Numbered from the stretch's first letter, positions 9,572 to 19,191 are shown. The stretch is DNA of 64,000 nt from a virus (IMGVR_UViG_3300028048_000103:1-64000); one strand, 5' to 3'. Numbers and translations: made by a program. The notes: a model not told the origin generated them from the sequence alone.

Positions 9572-9880
9572 TTATTTTACATGCGGTTTAATATCTTTAA
9601 GTGTTAGTGGAAATGAATTAAAAGTTTTATAATTGAGTCTAATAGTTTCATTTAATTCAGTAGAGGTCATATCATCTTTATAAAAAGAAACTAAAGATAG
9701 AAATTCTATAATAAAGGGTGATTCGTGTGGTGTCATATTATAATATTTTTTTTTATGTTGGCAAGCATATATTTCCATAGCCATAGAAATCTGAAGGTTC
9801 ATCATAATCAAGTGGAAGTTCATATATAATATCGAATTTAAGGTAGATTGGTGTAAATTCAAAAGTGCTACTGTCATCAA
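9572..9880 (-). CDS. hypothetical protein
   Basis: 102-aa ORF. An alternative overlapping frame exists at 9753..9959. Confidence 0.3.
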   Translation of the reverse strand: MMTVALLNLHQSTLNSILYMNFHLIMMNLQISMAMEIYACQHKKKYYNMTPHESPFIIEFLSLVSFYKDDMTSTELNETIRLNYKTFNSFPLTLKDIKPHVK

Positions 9881-9936
9881 TGGGATACTGTATATCTGTT
9901 GGTCCTACATTTTGTGTTTCAAAGGGAAGTGGTAGT

Positions 9937-10164
9937 TCAAAAGCATCGAGTGGTGTCATATGTTTGATTTTTATCTAATTTATAATTATCCGTTATAGAA
10001 CGTTGTTGACGGATGAATGGTTTATAATTATTTGCAGACAGCATATATGGGCTATTTACAAACATTTTTGAATCTTGATATTCAATAAGGATATCATCAT
10101 CAAGATAATCATCATGTAATAGAGCCATTATAAAAAGGCCATTAGGTGAATCTGTTATTCTCAT
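9937..10164 (-). CDS. hypothetical protein
   Basis: 75-aa ORF. Confidence 0.3.
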   Translation of the reverse strand: MRITDSPNGLFIMALLHDDYLDDDILIEYQDSKMFVNSPYMLSANNYKPFIRQQRSITDNYKLDKNQTYDTTRCF

Positions 10165-10370
10165 TTATTTATATATGTTTTATCATTAAAACTTTGTATA
10201 GTAGGTTTAATTTTAGAAATAACCATCATTTCAACGGGATATTGAAATATTCGTTTTGAGGGAAGTGAATTTGAGTATCTTTCTTTTTTATATGCCCTAT
10301 ACAAAGCCAAGCAATCACGATTTAACATTTCTGAAAAGAAAACATAATAAGGGAAATCTATTGGTCTCAT
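10161..10370 (-). CDS. hypothetical protein
   Basis: 69-aa ORF with a 4-nt overlap with the neighbouring ORF. Confidence 0.3.
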   Translation of the reverse strand: MRPIDFPYYVFFSEMLNRDCLALYRAYKKERYSNSLPSKRIFQYPVEMMVISKIKPTIQSFNDKTYINK

Positions 10371-10371
10371 A

Positions 10372-10836
10372 TTAAAGATTTTTGTTCTTTATAATTTTAT
10401 CATGGTCAAAAGCCCATTGATATTCATCAATATCTTTAATGGGAATCCATTTTATTTCGTCAACTTCATTTGGTTCTGAGAATTCAGAAGTAAGGTGTTC
10501 ATCATTAAGCCCATAATAAATGCAATCATAGATAAAGGTAACATTTTGTCTACCGTTAAGACTATCATCTACATAATTAATTTTAAGTTCTGAAACATCA
10601 TCTTTAGCAAGACCGGTTTCTTCATGTAATTCTCTATATGCAGCATTTTGTAGTGTTTCATCATAATCAAGATAACCACAAGGGCAGCACCATTTACCAA
10701 CATTATCAGGACAACCAACACCTCTTTTAACTGCAAGAAATGCTTTTCTTTTAGGGTCATATACAAAGACAGCAACGGCCACACTTCTACTTATCCAATA
10801 TTCTTTATTATCAATATTTACAGGAAAATTTCTCAT
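10372..10836 (-). CDS. Nudix hydrolase
   Basis: 154 aa. Nudix box GYLDYDETLQNAAYRELHEETGL (Gx5Ex7REuxEExGu). Confidence 0.75.
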   Translation of the reverse strand: MRNFPVNIDNKEYWISRSVAVAVFVYDPKRKAFLAVKRGVGCPDNVGKWCCPCGYLDYDETLQNAAYRELHEETGLAKDDVSELKINYVDDSLNGRQNVTFIYDCIYYGLNDEHLTSEFSEPNEVDEIKWIPIKDIDEYQWAFDHDKIIKNKNL

Positions 10837-11312
10837 TTTAAATTTCTATTTTTATAATTTTCGATACAAGTTGGAATTATTTTTTGATATTCAGGGTTAT
10901 TAAAGAGAGGTGAAGTCAGAATCATATCTGCTGTTGTTCTATTTGTTGCAAAGGCAATATTATATAATGATGCCAATCTTGTTAATGCTGACACATCATT
11001 TTGATGTCCTTGTTGAATAAGGTTGTCACAGAAAAATATAAGGACATCAATTTTTCCTTCTGCAATCATTGCACCTATTTGTTGGTCACCACCAAGTGGC
11101 CCTGATAAAAGTGGTTTTACAGATAAAGGCATCGTCACCCAATCTTGTGTTATTTCACCGGTACAATAGTTATTAACTGCAATATTCCTTAATATTTTTG
11201 CGGTTGTTCCGGTTGCATATAATTTATGTGGATAGAGTTTTTGTTTATTATATTCTACCCATTCTTTTAATTCAGTTTTTCTACTATCGTGTGCTACTAA
11301 TGCTATATTCAT
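10833..11312 (-). CDS. mgsA: methylglyoxal synthase homolog
   Basis: 159 aa. NIALVAHDSRK...LYATGTT...GPLGGDQQIGAMIAEGKIDVLIFFCD...ALTRLA...NIAFATN is collinear with the bacterial MgsA signature blocks. Confidence 0.7.
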   Translation of the reverse strand: MNIALVAHDSRKTELKEWVEYNKQKLYPHKLYATGTTAKILRNIAVNNYCTGEITQDWVTMPLSVKPLLSGPLGGDQQIGAMIAEGKIDVLIFFCDNLIQQGHQNDVSALTRLASLYNIAFATNRTTADMILTSPLFNNPEYQKIIPTCIENYKNRNLK

Positions 11313-11322
11313 ATTATTTTTT

Positions 11323-11523
11323 TTATAATCTTAAATTAATTATTCTACTTCTATCTTCAAATCCTAAAGGTTTTTTTTTAAAATGATTATAAGAGTTTTT
11401 TATTCTAAGAGTATAAATGCTTGAAGTATATGTTGGACACTTACCCAAATAAGTACTATTAGAATTTTCTTCCATATATTGGTCATATGCAGCAAGCATA
11501 AAGTTATCAACGGGCATCATCAT
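11323..11523 (-). CDS. hypothetical protein
   Basis: 66-aa ORF. Confidence 0.3.
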   Translation of the reverse strand: MMMPVDNFMLAAYDQYMEENSNSTYLGKCPTYTSSIYTLRIKNSYNHFKKKPLGFEDRSRIINLRL

Positions 11524-11822
11524 CTTTTCCGAACATTATTTTTCCTATACCAAAACAAAGCACCACTACAATCAATATGTTTAAAAATATTTCCATATCA
11601 TTATTTCTTTCATGCCTAAAAATAACCTGTTTTTTTACTAAAATATTGTCTTTTAAATGTTTCTATTATTTCCACTTTTTTACATTTTTTTCCACCATTT
11701 TAACCTATTGATTATTAATCGGTTATAAAAATACTATTTAATAATCAAATATTTAAATTCAATATTATTGAAAATTAATGAGTTAAAAGTACATAGACAA
11801 TGTAGCAAAATTTTAAAACATT

Positions 11823-12224
11823 TTAGTTTTCAAATGGTATATTTTTAGGTTTTTTCATATAGTCAAATGTTTTAATTTGGGGTAATTCAGCATTACCTGT
11901 AATAGTAATTGTTTCAAGAGTTTTTTTATTGTTTCGTGGGTTTGTTTTGATTTGATAAAGTTTATTTGATTTACCTTCGTCATTAACACCGACAATAAAA
12001 ATACTGATATTATCAGTAACCATCATAAAGTCATATGCTTTTTGTTCGTTTTCCATATTTTCATTGTTTTCAATTCTTGTATTGATTTGTGTTATCAATT
12101 GTTCATTGACATTTTCAGTATAAGTAATTGCTTCTTCTTTTGTTTGAAGAAGTTTAATGAAAAATATTTGTGGAATATTTTTATAGCATGGAATAACAAG
12201 ATATTTTATGTTTGAATTTCCCAT
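11823..12224 (-). CDS. hypothetical protein
   Basis: 133-aa ORF. Confidence 0.45.
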   Translation of the reverse strand: MGNSNIKYLVIPCYKNIPQIFFIKLLQTKEEAITYTENVNEQLITQINTRIENNENMENEQKAYDFMMVTDNISIFIVGVNDEGKSNKLYQIKTNPRNNKKTLETITITGNAELPQIKTFDYMKKPKNIPFEN

Positions 12225-12225
12225 T

Positions 12226-12423
12226 TTAATCTTTTTTAATTAATGCTGAATAATTCTTACAGAGTGGTCCTCCTGCTGAAATACCATTAATCTCACTTGG
12301 CTCATAGAAGTCGTTTTCATTATAATAATCTCTCATAATTGCAATTGCATCTTCCACTTTGTCAGCCACGACAAGATGTCCATCAATTTCCCAAACTCGT
12401 GTTCTTTCGTAATTTAGTTTCAT
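12226..12423 (-). CDS. hypothetical protein
   Basis: 65-aa ORF. A class II motif lies immediately upstream at 12433-12460. Confidence 0.4.
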   Translation of the reverse strand: MKLNYERTRVWEIDGHLVVADKVEDAIAIMRDYYNENDFYEPSEINGISAGGPLCKNYSALIKKD

Positions 12424-12432
12424 ATCTATAGT

Positions 12433-12460
12433 TTTTTAACAAATATACAAAATAAAAATA
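12433..12460 (-). promoter_or_regulatory. class II (TAnnTTTG) promoter-like motif
   Basis: The + strand reads ttttttaacaaatatacaaaataaaaat. The reverse complement gives TATATTTG about 17 nt before the ATG at 12423. Confidence 0.4.
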
Positions 12461-12470
12461 AAAAAAGCAA

Positions 12471-12902
12471 TTAATATTTAAGCCATTTAAGAACTTTAGG
12501 TTCTTGGTCTGCCTGTGCATGGGTTGACCAATAAACGTCAAAACCGGTTTCTTTGGTATAACCTGCAATACCTTCAGCGCCATCATTAGTTATTATAAAA
12601 TAGATACCGTGTACTGGAGGTAGTTCATTTTTTGTCATTACCCATGAAATGGTTGCATCAGAGTTATCAGTTATTTCTTCAGGCTGTGTGTCAACTATAT
12701 CATTATTTTCTTTTGTGTTTTTTTCTTTAAGTTCTTTATCAGCAAAAAAAGCAAAAATGAAAATAGAAACCCATGACATCAATAATGAAATAACTGCTTT
12801 CCACCATGAGGTTTTCCAATCAAGCATTTTTAATTCATCAAATATCAATGAAGTATAAAGAATTATTCCTATAATCCAAAATACAATAAAAAATGTTGTC
12901 AT
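12471..12902 (-). CDS. membrane-anchored protein
   Basis: 143 aa with two N-terminal TM helices followed by a soluble domain. Confidence 0.45.
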   Translation of the reverse strand: MTTFFIVFWIIGIILYTSLIFDELKMLDWKTSWWKAVISLLMSWVSIFIFAFFADKELKEKNTKENNDIVDTQPEEITDNSDATISWVMTKNELPPVHGIYFIITNDGAEGIAGYTKETGFDVYWSTHAQADQEPKVLKWLKY

Positions 12903-12903
12903 A

Positions 12904-13200
12904 TTAAAAAAAATTAAATTCTATATTATTATTTCTTTCTTCTATGGTTATTCTTTCCCATAGTTTCCATAATGCTTGACGAATATCCATATCATCATAT
13001 TGATATAGAATAGAGTCATCAACAATCTCATATTGTGCAAACCATCTACCATTATCTGTTCTATAAAGTGATAGTTCATATTTAGATGTCTGACCATATT
13101 TATTTACAGATAATGGCATGTAGTCCAAAATTTGTTCCAATGTAAAATCAGAAATATCCCCAAGTGTTTTGGGGATATTGTTATTAGAATGTGTTATCAT
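12904..13200 (-). CDS. hypothetical protein (start moved to an internal Met)
   Basis: The track ORF 12904..13266 overlaps 13184..13582 by about 80 nt. An internal Met (MITHSNNN) at 13200 removes the overlap. Confidence 0.35.
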   Translation of the reverse strand: MITHSNNNIPKTLGDISDFTLEQILDYMPLSVNKYGQTSKYELSLYRTDNGRWFAQYEIVDDSILYQYDDMDIRQALWKLWERITIEERNNNIEFNFF

Positions 13201-13582
13201 TGGTAATTCGCTTAATATATGCCTTATTATGTTCATTACAGCCCTCAGCCTTATCAATGAAACCATCCTTCAATGGTGCAAGTGCTTCAATAGTATCAAG
13301 AAGTTTTCCCCACCTTCGCAACATTTCATTTTTCAAAAGAACATAAGCCCTTGCTTCAGCCTTTGCCTGTGCAATCTTCTTACCCTTTTCAATACTGAAT
13401 TCATCATCAGGGTGACACTTTGCTGTTGCACAAACACTCATAAATGAACCACCACAAAGAAAATAGTATGCATCAGGTGCATCCAATTCAACATCTACCT
13501 TACAAGTAATGTTTTCACCATTGTAATAAAAATGTGTGTCCAAAACAGACATCTTAATGTTTTGCTTTTCAAAATTTACCAT
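13184..13582 (-). CDS. hypothetical protein
   Basis: 132-aa ORF. Confidence 0.45.
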   Translation of the reverse strand: MVNFEKQNIKMSVLDTHFYYNGENITCKVDVELDAPDAYYFLCGGSFMSVCATAKCHPDDEFSIEKGKKIAQAKAEARAYVLLKNEMLRRWGKLLDTIEALAPLKDGFIDKAEGCNEHNKAYIKRITNDNTF

Positions 13583-13610
13583 AATTAAATTATTTTTTAG
13601 TTAAAATTAG

Positions 13611-13726
13611 CAACTGTGATAGGACTCGAACCTATGACATCGGTATTAAAAGTACTAAAATAATTGCTGTTAATTTTCCCTATCGGAAAACTATGTTACG
13701 TGCTCTACCCACTGAGCTACACAGTT
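13611..13726 (-). tRNA. tRNA-like gene with about 40-nt insertion in the anticodon region
   Basis: The reverse complement gives an acceptor AACTGTG/CACAGTT, a D-arm TAGCTCAGTGGGTAGAGCA and a T-arm ATAGGTTCGAGTCCTAT. The central region is about 40 nt too long and contains the hairpin TTTTCC-gatag-GGAAAA. Confidence 0.5.
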
Positions 13727-13747
13727 GACAATGTAAATCTATGACAA

Positions 13748-13769
13748 TGCAAATATATAAATCTTTTTA
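13748..13769 (-). promoter_or_regulatory. tgcaaatatataaatc motif (reverse complement contains TTATATATTTGCA, i.e. a TAnnTTTG -7 box)
   Basis: One of 4 near-identical copies (13748, 27747, 29264, 31228). This one sits about 20 nt upstream (minus sense) of the tRNA. Confidence 0.4.
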
Positions 13770-14178
13770 TTAATAACCAAACATTTTTTCGTTTTTCTTC
13801 AGTTCATCAACAAATTTGTTTGCCAATTTAATACACAAAGAAGTGGTTGCATCAAGATTTTCTATTTTAAAATCCGGTGATTTTAATGCATGAAGATATA
13901 GTTTTTTAGCTATATCATGATGATATGTTCTCCAATTAAATTTCATTGTTTACATTTTTTAACAAAATTATAAATAAAATTTTTAAAAACAAAATATTAT
14001 TTTTGGGAACGATATATTTGTTGGCTACACTCCCGTTATTTTTTGCCAATAAATTGTTTATTTTCTGAATTTTAAGTGAAAGATTCTTATGTTTAAGGAG
14101 TATAATATACTGTAGAACATAAGGAACCTGCACTATGATTGACTTCAGCAACTTCAACTCCCTCGTGGAAATTGCCCT

Positions 14179-14487
14179 CTACTTTGACAATGAAAACTTC
14201 TTGCTGTCAATATAGTGGAGCATTTCCTGCTCTAAACTCAAGTTGTCCATATCAACGATAACTGGTTCTGAAAAATACTTATACTCCCATTGTGTTGTCA
14301 GCCACGGACCTTTTCTGATTTCTTTGAATGCACCGTCTTCGTTTTGAAGATGAGATATGTGTTGGACATCAATGTTGTGTTCTACCTTTTTGTACAATTC
14401 GCTCCGACCTATCTTTTTGATTTCTTCGTCAAGAAGTTTTTTCATCTCGTCCGTGAGATGTTTATAGTCAAACTTTTTCTGTTTCAT
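14179..14487 (-). CDS. hypothetical protein
   Basis: 102-aa ORF. Confidence 0.45.
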   Translation of the reverse strand: MKQKKFDYKHLTDEMKKLLDEEIKKIGRSELYKKVEHNIDVQHISHLQNEDGAFKEIRKGPWLTTQWEYKYFSEPVIVDMDNLSLEQEMLHYIDSKKFSLSK

Positions 14488-14503
14488 ATTGTTTCCTTAT
14501 TTT

Positions 14504-15859
14504 TTATCCTATTTTTTTAATATTACACAAGCACTGATACCGAAGGGATTTGAACCAAGAAAGCATTTCATCTCTTGGACAGAGTGGTTCATAGAGAGAG
14601 TTTGATATTATGTCTATCATTGCATCAAACATTTCCTCATCCTTCTCACTCCACTCATTAGAACAGAGTTTTGCTACATCCTCATTATGCTTTTTATGAT
14701 TAAGAAAAAGGGCTTTGAGCCAAGCAATTTGCTCATTATATTTTCCAATGACCTTACCTGTTGTGGCGGAAGTATAATTTCTTTCGAATTCTATATCTTT
14801 GATAATACTCTGCCTTATCTTCTCATCCTCCTCGCTCCACTCTTGCGTTGGCTGAGGAATTATATGGTCAAGCAACCACAATTTGACAGATACACCATTT
14901 GCTTCCTCCTTCTCTAATTGATAGTGGTCTTCCGCAAATCTGATGCACTCAAGCACCTTTCCGAGCATTTCCTCATCTTCCTTGCTCCACTCCACGGGCT
15001 TGTCATATCTAACACGAATTGCATCTTTTAGCCAACTTCGCAGTGGTTCGTCTTTGATATAAGATAAACAGACATTTAGATTTTGTTCATCTTCCATATT
15101 CCACTCTGCTGATTTCTGCTCTTTCTGTTTTTCCTCCTTTTCTTTCCATCCCATGAAATGCACAGCGGTTTCCTCAATAGTTACTGCTATGTCCTCCCAA
15201 TCAAAATCATCAAGAGTTCTCTGTCCGTTTCCAAAGGTTTCATGGTACTTTTCCTCCGTGTACCTTTTGATTTCGGCTTCCAAAGCCAAATCCCTTGTAT
15301 TAACCTTGTGTTTGCCACTTTCGATGTCTGACTTAGGCTTTTTCTGCTGTCCATTATAAAAAGACATTCTTTCCCTACTATGCTTATAAATGTTCTCAGT
15401 TGTTAAATCTTTCTGCTTTTCCTCGTCCTCATCAACTTTTACTATCAGAACTTTAACTTTGTCACCATATGATAAATCACACTCATCAACCGGCACTATA
15501 AGATGCCAATCGTCATCATAGTTAATAGTTGCATCGAACATATCTTGTTTTATATGTTCCCACTGCATATCAAGATGTTCTTGAAGTTGTTGTGGACTAA
15601 ATAGTTCTTTCTGCTTTTTGAGCCAAGCAACATATCCATTCCTTGTTTCATTGGAAATATAATACTCGCCGATTGTTTCTATAAGAGAAATAAGTGATTC
15701 CCTTATTCTATCATCATCGCTCTCTTCAAGTACAGGGAAGATGTTTTGAATAGCATCTTCAATGGTATAATTATCTTGTATTGCTTGAGGGTCATTTAAC
15801 CACCATTGTGCTTTTTTTAAAGCCTCATCATAGGCTCTTGCTTTTTCTTCAGTTGTCAT
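14504..15859 (-). CDS. WSEEDE-motif protein (family B)
   Basis: 451 aa. Contains PTQEWSEEDEKIRQSIIKDIEFERNYTSATTGKVIGKYNEQIAWLKALFLNHKKHNEDVAKLCSNEWSEKDEE and PVEWSKEDEEM. Confidence 0.6.
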   Translation of the reverse strand: MTTEEKARAYDEALKKAQWWLNDPQAIQDNYTIEDAIQNIFPVLEESDDDRIRESLISLIETIGEYYISNETRNGYVAWLKKQKELFSPQQLQEHLDMQWEHIKQDMFDATINYDDDWHLIVPVDECDLSYGDKVKVLIVKVDEDEEKQKDLTTENIYKHSRERMSFYNGQQKKPKSDIESGKHKVNTRDLALEAEIKRYTEEKYHETFGNGQRTLDDFDWEDIAVTIEETAVHFMGWKEKEEKQKEQKSAEWNMEDEQNLNVCLSYIKDEPLRSWLKDAIRVRYDKPVEWSKEDEEMLGKVLECIRFAEDHYQLEKEEANGVSVKLWLLDHIIPQPTQEWSEEDEKIRQSIIKDIEFERNYTSATTGKVIGKYNEQIAWLKALFLNHKKHNEDVAKLCSNEWSEKDEEMFDAMIDIISNSLYEPLCPRDEMLSWFKSLRYQCLCNIKKIG

Positions 15860-15908
15860 AATTTTATATTTTTCGTAAATATATAAAAAAGTAATAATAA
15901 AACAAAAT

Positions 15909-16160
15909 TTAAAGATTGAATAATTCTTTAAATGAATACCAAATCCAAATAATTAGATTCCATATCATAGTTAAAATAAACCATACAGCAAAAAAAAGTA
16001 CATAGTACCAACTAAGAAAAATGGGGACAAACCATAACAAACTAAAAATTGTGTTTTCTTTATAACTAAAATAGTTTCTTGTTATAAGGAACATCCAAAC
16101 AATTAGTCCACTAAAAAGTACACCCCACCAATAAAATTCAGTAAATAATGTTGTTATCAT
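15909..16160 (-). CDS. small multi-pass membrane protein
   Basis: 83 aa, Trp/Phe-rich and hydrophobic. Confidence 0.4.
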   Translation of the reverse strand: MITTLFTEFYWWGVLFSGLIVWMFLITRNYFSYKENTIFSLLWFVPIFLSWYYVLFFAVWFILTMIWNLIIWIWYSFKELFNL

Positions 16161-16185
16161 AACTAAAATATTTTTTTCTTTATTA

Positions 16186-16210
16186 TTTACAAAAATCGTG
16201 CCAAAATAAA
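16186..16210 (-). promoter_or_regulatory. class I promoter-like motif
   Basis: tttacaaaaatcgtgccaaaataaa, upstream of the start at 16160. Confidence 0.45.
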
Positions 16211-16236
16211 ATATTTTAAGTTTATAAACTATTTAT

Positions 16237-16620
16237 TTGTATAAAAATAGTTTGGCTATGACATTGAATGAAGAAAAAATATTAAGGGAAAAAATTAAAG
16301 ATATAATCAGGGAAACAATCTTTGATTATTTTAGTAATGAGGCTCAAAAAAATGATAAAAGCAAAAAAGATGATAAGGAAGATAACCCTAACGGTACAAA
16401 AAAAATAAGCAAATCAAGGGTTATCAATCAACTTAAATCAAAGGGTATTAATAAAGCACAGTTTGCATATAAATTATGGCCTGAAAAAGACAAAGATAGT
16501 GCAAGAAGTTATTTCTATAAGTGTTTGAACCACGAAACCAATGATGATGGTGATGTTTATTCATTTGATGATAAAGAAGCAACTGAATTACGAAGTATGT
16601 TAAATAATCAACAGATATAA
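16237..16620 (+). CDS. hypothetical basic protein on the opposite strand to its neighbours
   Basis: 127-aa ORF; one of the few plus-strand genes in the left arm. Immediately followed by a strong terminator. Confidence 0.45.
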   Translation: MYKNSLAMTLNEEKILREKIKDIIRETIFDYFSNEAQKNDKSKKDDKEDNPNGTKKISKSRVINQLKSKGINKAQFAYKLWPEKDKDSARSYFYKCLNHETNDDGDVYSFDDKEATELRSMLNNQQI

Positions 16621-16623
16621 AAA

Positions 16624-16655
16624 AAAGAGGAACTAAATTAGTTCCTCTTTTTTTT
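16624..16655. terminator. bidirectional rho-independent terminator
   Basis: aaaaaaagaggaactaaattagttcctctttttttttt is a perfect 7-bp stem flanked by an A-run and a T-run. It lies between the convergent genes 16237..16620 (+) and 16657..17049 (-). Confidence 0.7.
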
Positions 16656-16656
16656 T

Positions 16657-17049
16657 TTACTTAACATTAATTTTAATTCTTTTTGTTCCCGTTTCCTTTT
16701 CCTTTTCAACCGGTTTCTTATCAACCTTAATAATAAGTTGATTAGTTGTTGCATCAAAATTTGCGGTCAAGGTGTCAACAATAATATTTTCAGGTAAACT
16801 ATTAGTATAACTACCACAGGATGATGAACTCTTATCTTTATACTCATATTTAACGGTAATTGTTTTGTCATCCTCAATTTCAATATTAATGTTTTCATCA
16901 TTAACAAACTTAGGAAGCGGAATTACTAATTCCCAATCATTTTCATTTTCTTTGAACATGTGAAAATCATCATTATTAAAATTAAAAGAATCAAATGGTT
17001 TCCTGAATGTCGGAAAGCCAAAAAAGTCATCAAAAATAGTAGGTAACAT
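16657..17049 (-). CDS. Hsp20/alpha-crystallin-like small heat-shock protein
   Basis: 130 aa. DWELVIPLPKFVNDENINIEIEDDKTITVKYEYK ... LPENIIVDTLTANFDATTNQLIIKVDKK fits the alpha-crystallin domain pattern. Confidence 0.5.
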   Translation of the reverse strand: MLPTIFDDFFGFPTFRKPFDSFNFNNDDFHMFKENENDWELVIPLPKFVNDENINIEIEDDKTITVKYEYKDKSSSSCGSYTNSLPENIIVDTLTANFDATTNQLIIKVDKKPVEKEKETGTKRIKINVK

Positions 17050-17080
17050 AATTAAAACATTTTTAATATTTTTATTATTT

Positions 17081-17431
17081 TTAAAATATAACCATAAATA
17101 AGATTAAAGTCAAGAGAATTTGCAAAGAATTTATTATAGTTTTTGTGGAAAATTTAATTTTTCTTATTTTATACAAATCATTAGCAATATAATAAATTGC
17201 ACTGTTAATGACAATCATACACAACAATATTAAACCACTGCACATCAACATAAGCAGTATTGGTAATTCAATTGCTGATGACCAAAAAATTGCTTTCATA
17301 GATGAAAAAACATCCTCACCATTTTTCGTATACAACTCTGTCATTTCTTGTTTACTGAGAAATAAAGGGAAAAACACAAATTCACAAATAAAATGGCATA
17401 ATGCCATTAAAATCAAAATCTTACAAAACAT
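17081..17431 (-). CDS. membrane protein
   Basis: 116 aa with 3-4 hydrophobic helices. Confidence 0.4.
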   Translation of the reverse strand: MFCKILILMALCHFICEFVFFPLFLSKQEMTELYTKNGEDVFSSMKAIFWSSAIELPILLMLMCSGLILLCMIVINSAIYYIANDLYKIRKIKFSTKTIINSLQILLTLILFMVIF

Positions 17432-17451
17432 ATTCTTTTATTATTTAATAA

Positions 17452-17937
17452 TTAAAGTCCACTTTGTACAGTAAAAAAAGGTTTATTACCGGTACCAATA
17501 ACATGAAGATTTTTATTGTCATCAACAAAAAAATCAATATCACCATTAAAATCTTCAATTACGGCTGCACACCAATTATGTGTTTTAATCCATAATTTAT
17601 TTTCATCATTAAGCAAGTTATAATCAAATACGCCAACTTCACCTGCATCAGCACAAAATTCACCAAGTGTTTCAGTTTCTAACCAACTCTTTTTAAAATC
17701 GTCAAATGTTTTTGCTAATGTTTTTTTCTCTTCATCATTTTCAGTCGTGAAGTTATAGTCGTGGAAAAATTTGGAATAATATCCATCCCATTCTTTGTAT
17801 TTTAGATTTTCTTCAAGTTTACCGGAGTAAACCATACAAGACCAATCACCATAAATTGTGTTTCTTTTTATACATGGCCCATAATAATTTTTCAGATAAC
17901 AAGGGTCAGTAATAACAAGTGTTCCTATAAATTTCAT
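17452..17937 (-). CDS. hypothetical protein
   Basis: 161-aa ORF. Confidence 0.45.
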   Translation of the reverse strand: MKFIGTLVITDPCYLKNYYGPCIKRNTIYGDWSCMVYSGKLEENLKYKEWDGYYSKFFHDYNFTTENDEEKKTLAKTFDDFKKSWLETETLGEFCADAGEVGVFDYNLLNDENKLWIKTHNWCAAVIEDFNGDIDFFVDDNKNLHVIGTGNKPFFTVQSGL

Positions 17938-17975
17938 AATAAATAATTTATTTTTTATATTTTATTTTTTATAAA

Positions 17976-17996
17976 TGCAAAAATTATGCCAAAAAA
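17976..17996 (-). promoter_or_regulatory. class I promoter-like motif (variant)
   Basis: atgcaaaaattatgccaaaaaaaa, upstream of the start at 17937. Confidence 0.4.
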
Positions 17997-18000
17997 AATG

Positions 18001-18732
18001 TTATATTTCTATTTGAAGAATTTCATAAGATGGTTTATATTTTTCATTTATATATGAAACGTTTGCCATTTTAGTTCCTTCAATGTTTTCTAAATTATGG
18101 TTTCCACTATGAATGTGTCCACTAAAAAAATATTTAGGTTTCTTTTTCTTAATTTCTTCGGCTAATGGTAAATTACCAGCATCATAACCACTATTCCAAC
18201 CTTCTGTAATTGTTCCTATGTTGTTCAATGATGGCGAATCATGAGATATAACAATATCACAATTTTCAGGCATAAATGAATAATATCTTTTTAGTGTTTC
18301 ATCATTAACCATAAAAGCCCAATCACCAAAAATATGACAATATGGAGTACCAAATATTTTTAATGTTTTTATACCATTATCAGTAAAATATTCAAAATTA
18401 TAATCTTCATTATTAAGAATTTTTACTCTGTTTTTTGTTGTAATATTAAAACAATTAACATGTTCTTTTGATATTTGCAGACCGACAAAATCATGATTGC
18501 CCCAAACCATTACAACCTTACTCCATTCATTTTTAAATGGTAATGTGTTTATCCAATTAGCAAAATCGTGTTGAAACCAATTAATTTGATATGAAAAATA
18601 ATGACTATGTGCAGGGCAAATGTCACCGCAGATTAACAATAAATCAAACGGTGTTGTTATCTCAGGCAAATGGCCGTGCAAATCACTTGTTGCTAATATC
18701 TTTAAATTTTCCATCATTAAATCACTTTGCAA
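18001..18732 (-). CDS. calcineurin-like metallophosphoesterase
   Basis: 243 aa. Motifs DLHGH, GDICP, GNHDF and GHIHSGNH occur in the canonical order. Confidence 0.65.
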   Translation of the reverse strand: MQSDLMMENLKILATSDLHGHLPEITTPFDLLLICGDICPAHSHYFSYQINWFQHDFANWINTLPFKNEWSKVVMVWGNHDFVGLQISKEHVNCFNITTKNRVKILNNEDYNFEYFTDNGIKTLKIFGTPYCHIFGDWAFMVNDETLKRYYSFMPENCDIVISHDSPSLNNIGTITEGWNSGYDAGNLPLAEEIKKKKPKYFFSGHIHSGNHNLENIEGTKMANVSYINEKYKPSYEILQIEI

Positions 18733-18947
18733 TAAATTCCATAATCGTAATAAAGTGTGTCTTCAAGGTCTTCAGCATCTTTACAACTGTATTGTTCAAG
18801 ATATTTATTAAGATTTTCTGAATAAATCTTCATTACGCCATTGTCCAAATCAACAATATCATTTCTATGTGTAATATTGTTTTTAAATTCTTGGTTTGAT
18901 GAAACCATTTCTTTAAATGCATCAAAAGAAAAAGTTGTCTGTGCCAT
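18717..18947 (-). CDS. hypothetical protein
   Basis: 76-aa ORF. Confidence 0.35.
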   Translation of the reverse strand: MAQTTFSFDAFKEMVSSNQEFKNNITHRNDIVDLDNGVMKIYSENLNKYLEQYSCKDAEDLEDTLYYDYGIYCKVI

Positions 18948-18958
18948 AATATTAAATT

Positions 18959-19180
18959 TTAATGTTTTTCTACATAATTTCCTCTAAAATTCAAACTCAT
19001 TGTGTCAATAATTTGTTTAGCAAGTTGCAAACCTTGTCTAAATCTACTACTTGGCCCAAGGTTTTTAAGAACATTTTCAAATTGTGTGTTAATTTTATTT
19101 AACTCATGATGTTTACCATAATGCCAACTAATTAAATTTGTACAAATTAAAATTACTACAAAAACTAAAATCATTTCCAT
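18959..19180 (-). CDS. small membrane-anchored protein, paralog of 19239..19517
   Basis: 73 aa. WHYGKHHELNKINTQFENVLKNLGPSSRFRQGLQLAKQIIDTM aligns with the neighbouring ORF. Confidence 0.45.
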   Translation of the reverse strand: MEMILVFVVILICTNLISWHYGKHHELNKINTQFENVLKNLGPSSRFRQGLQLAKQIIDTMSLNFRGNYVEKH

Positions 19181-19191
19181 ATTTCTTATTT

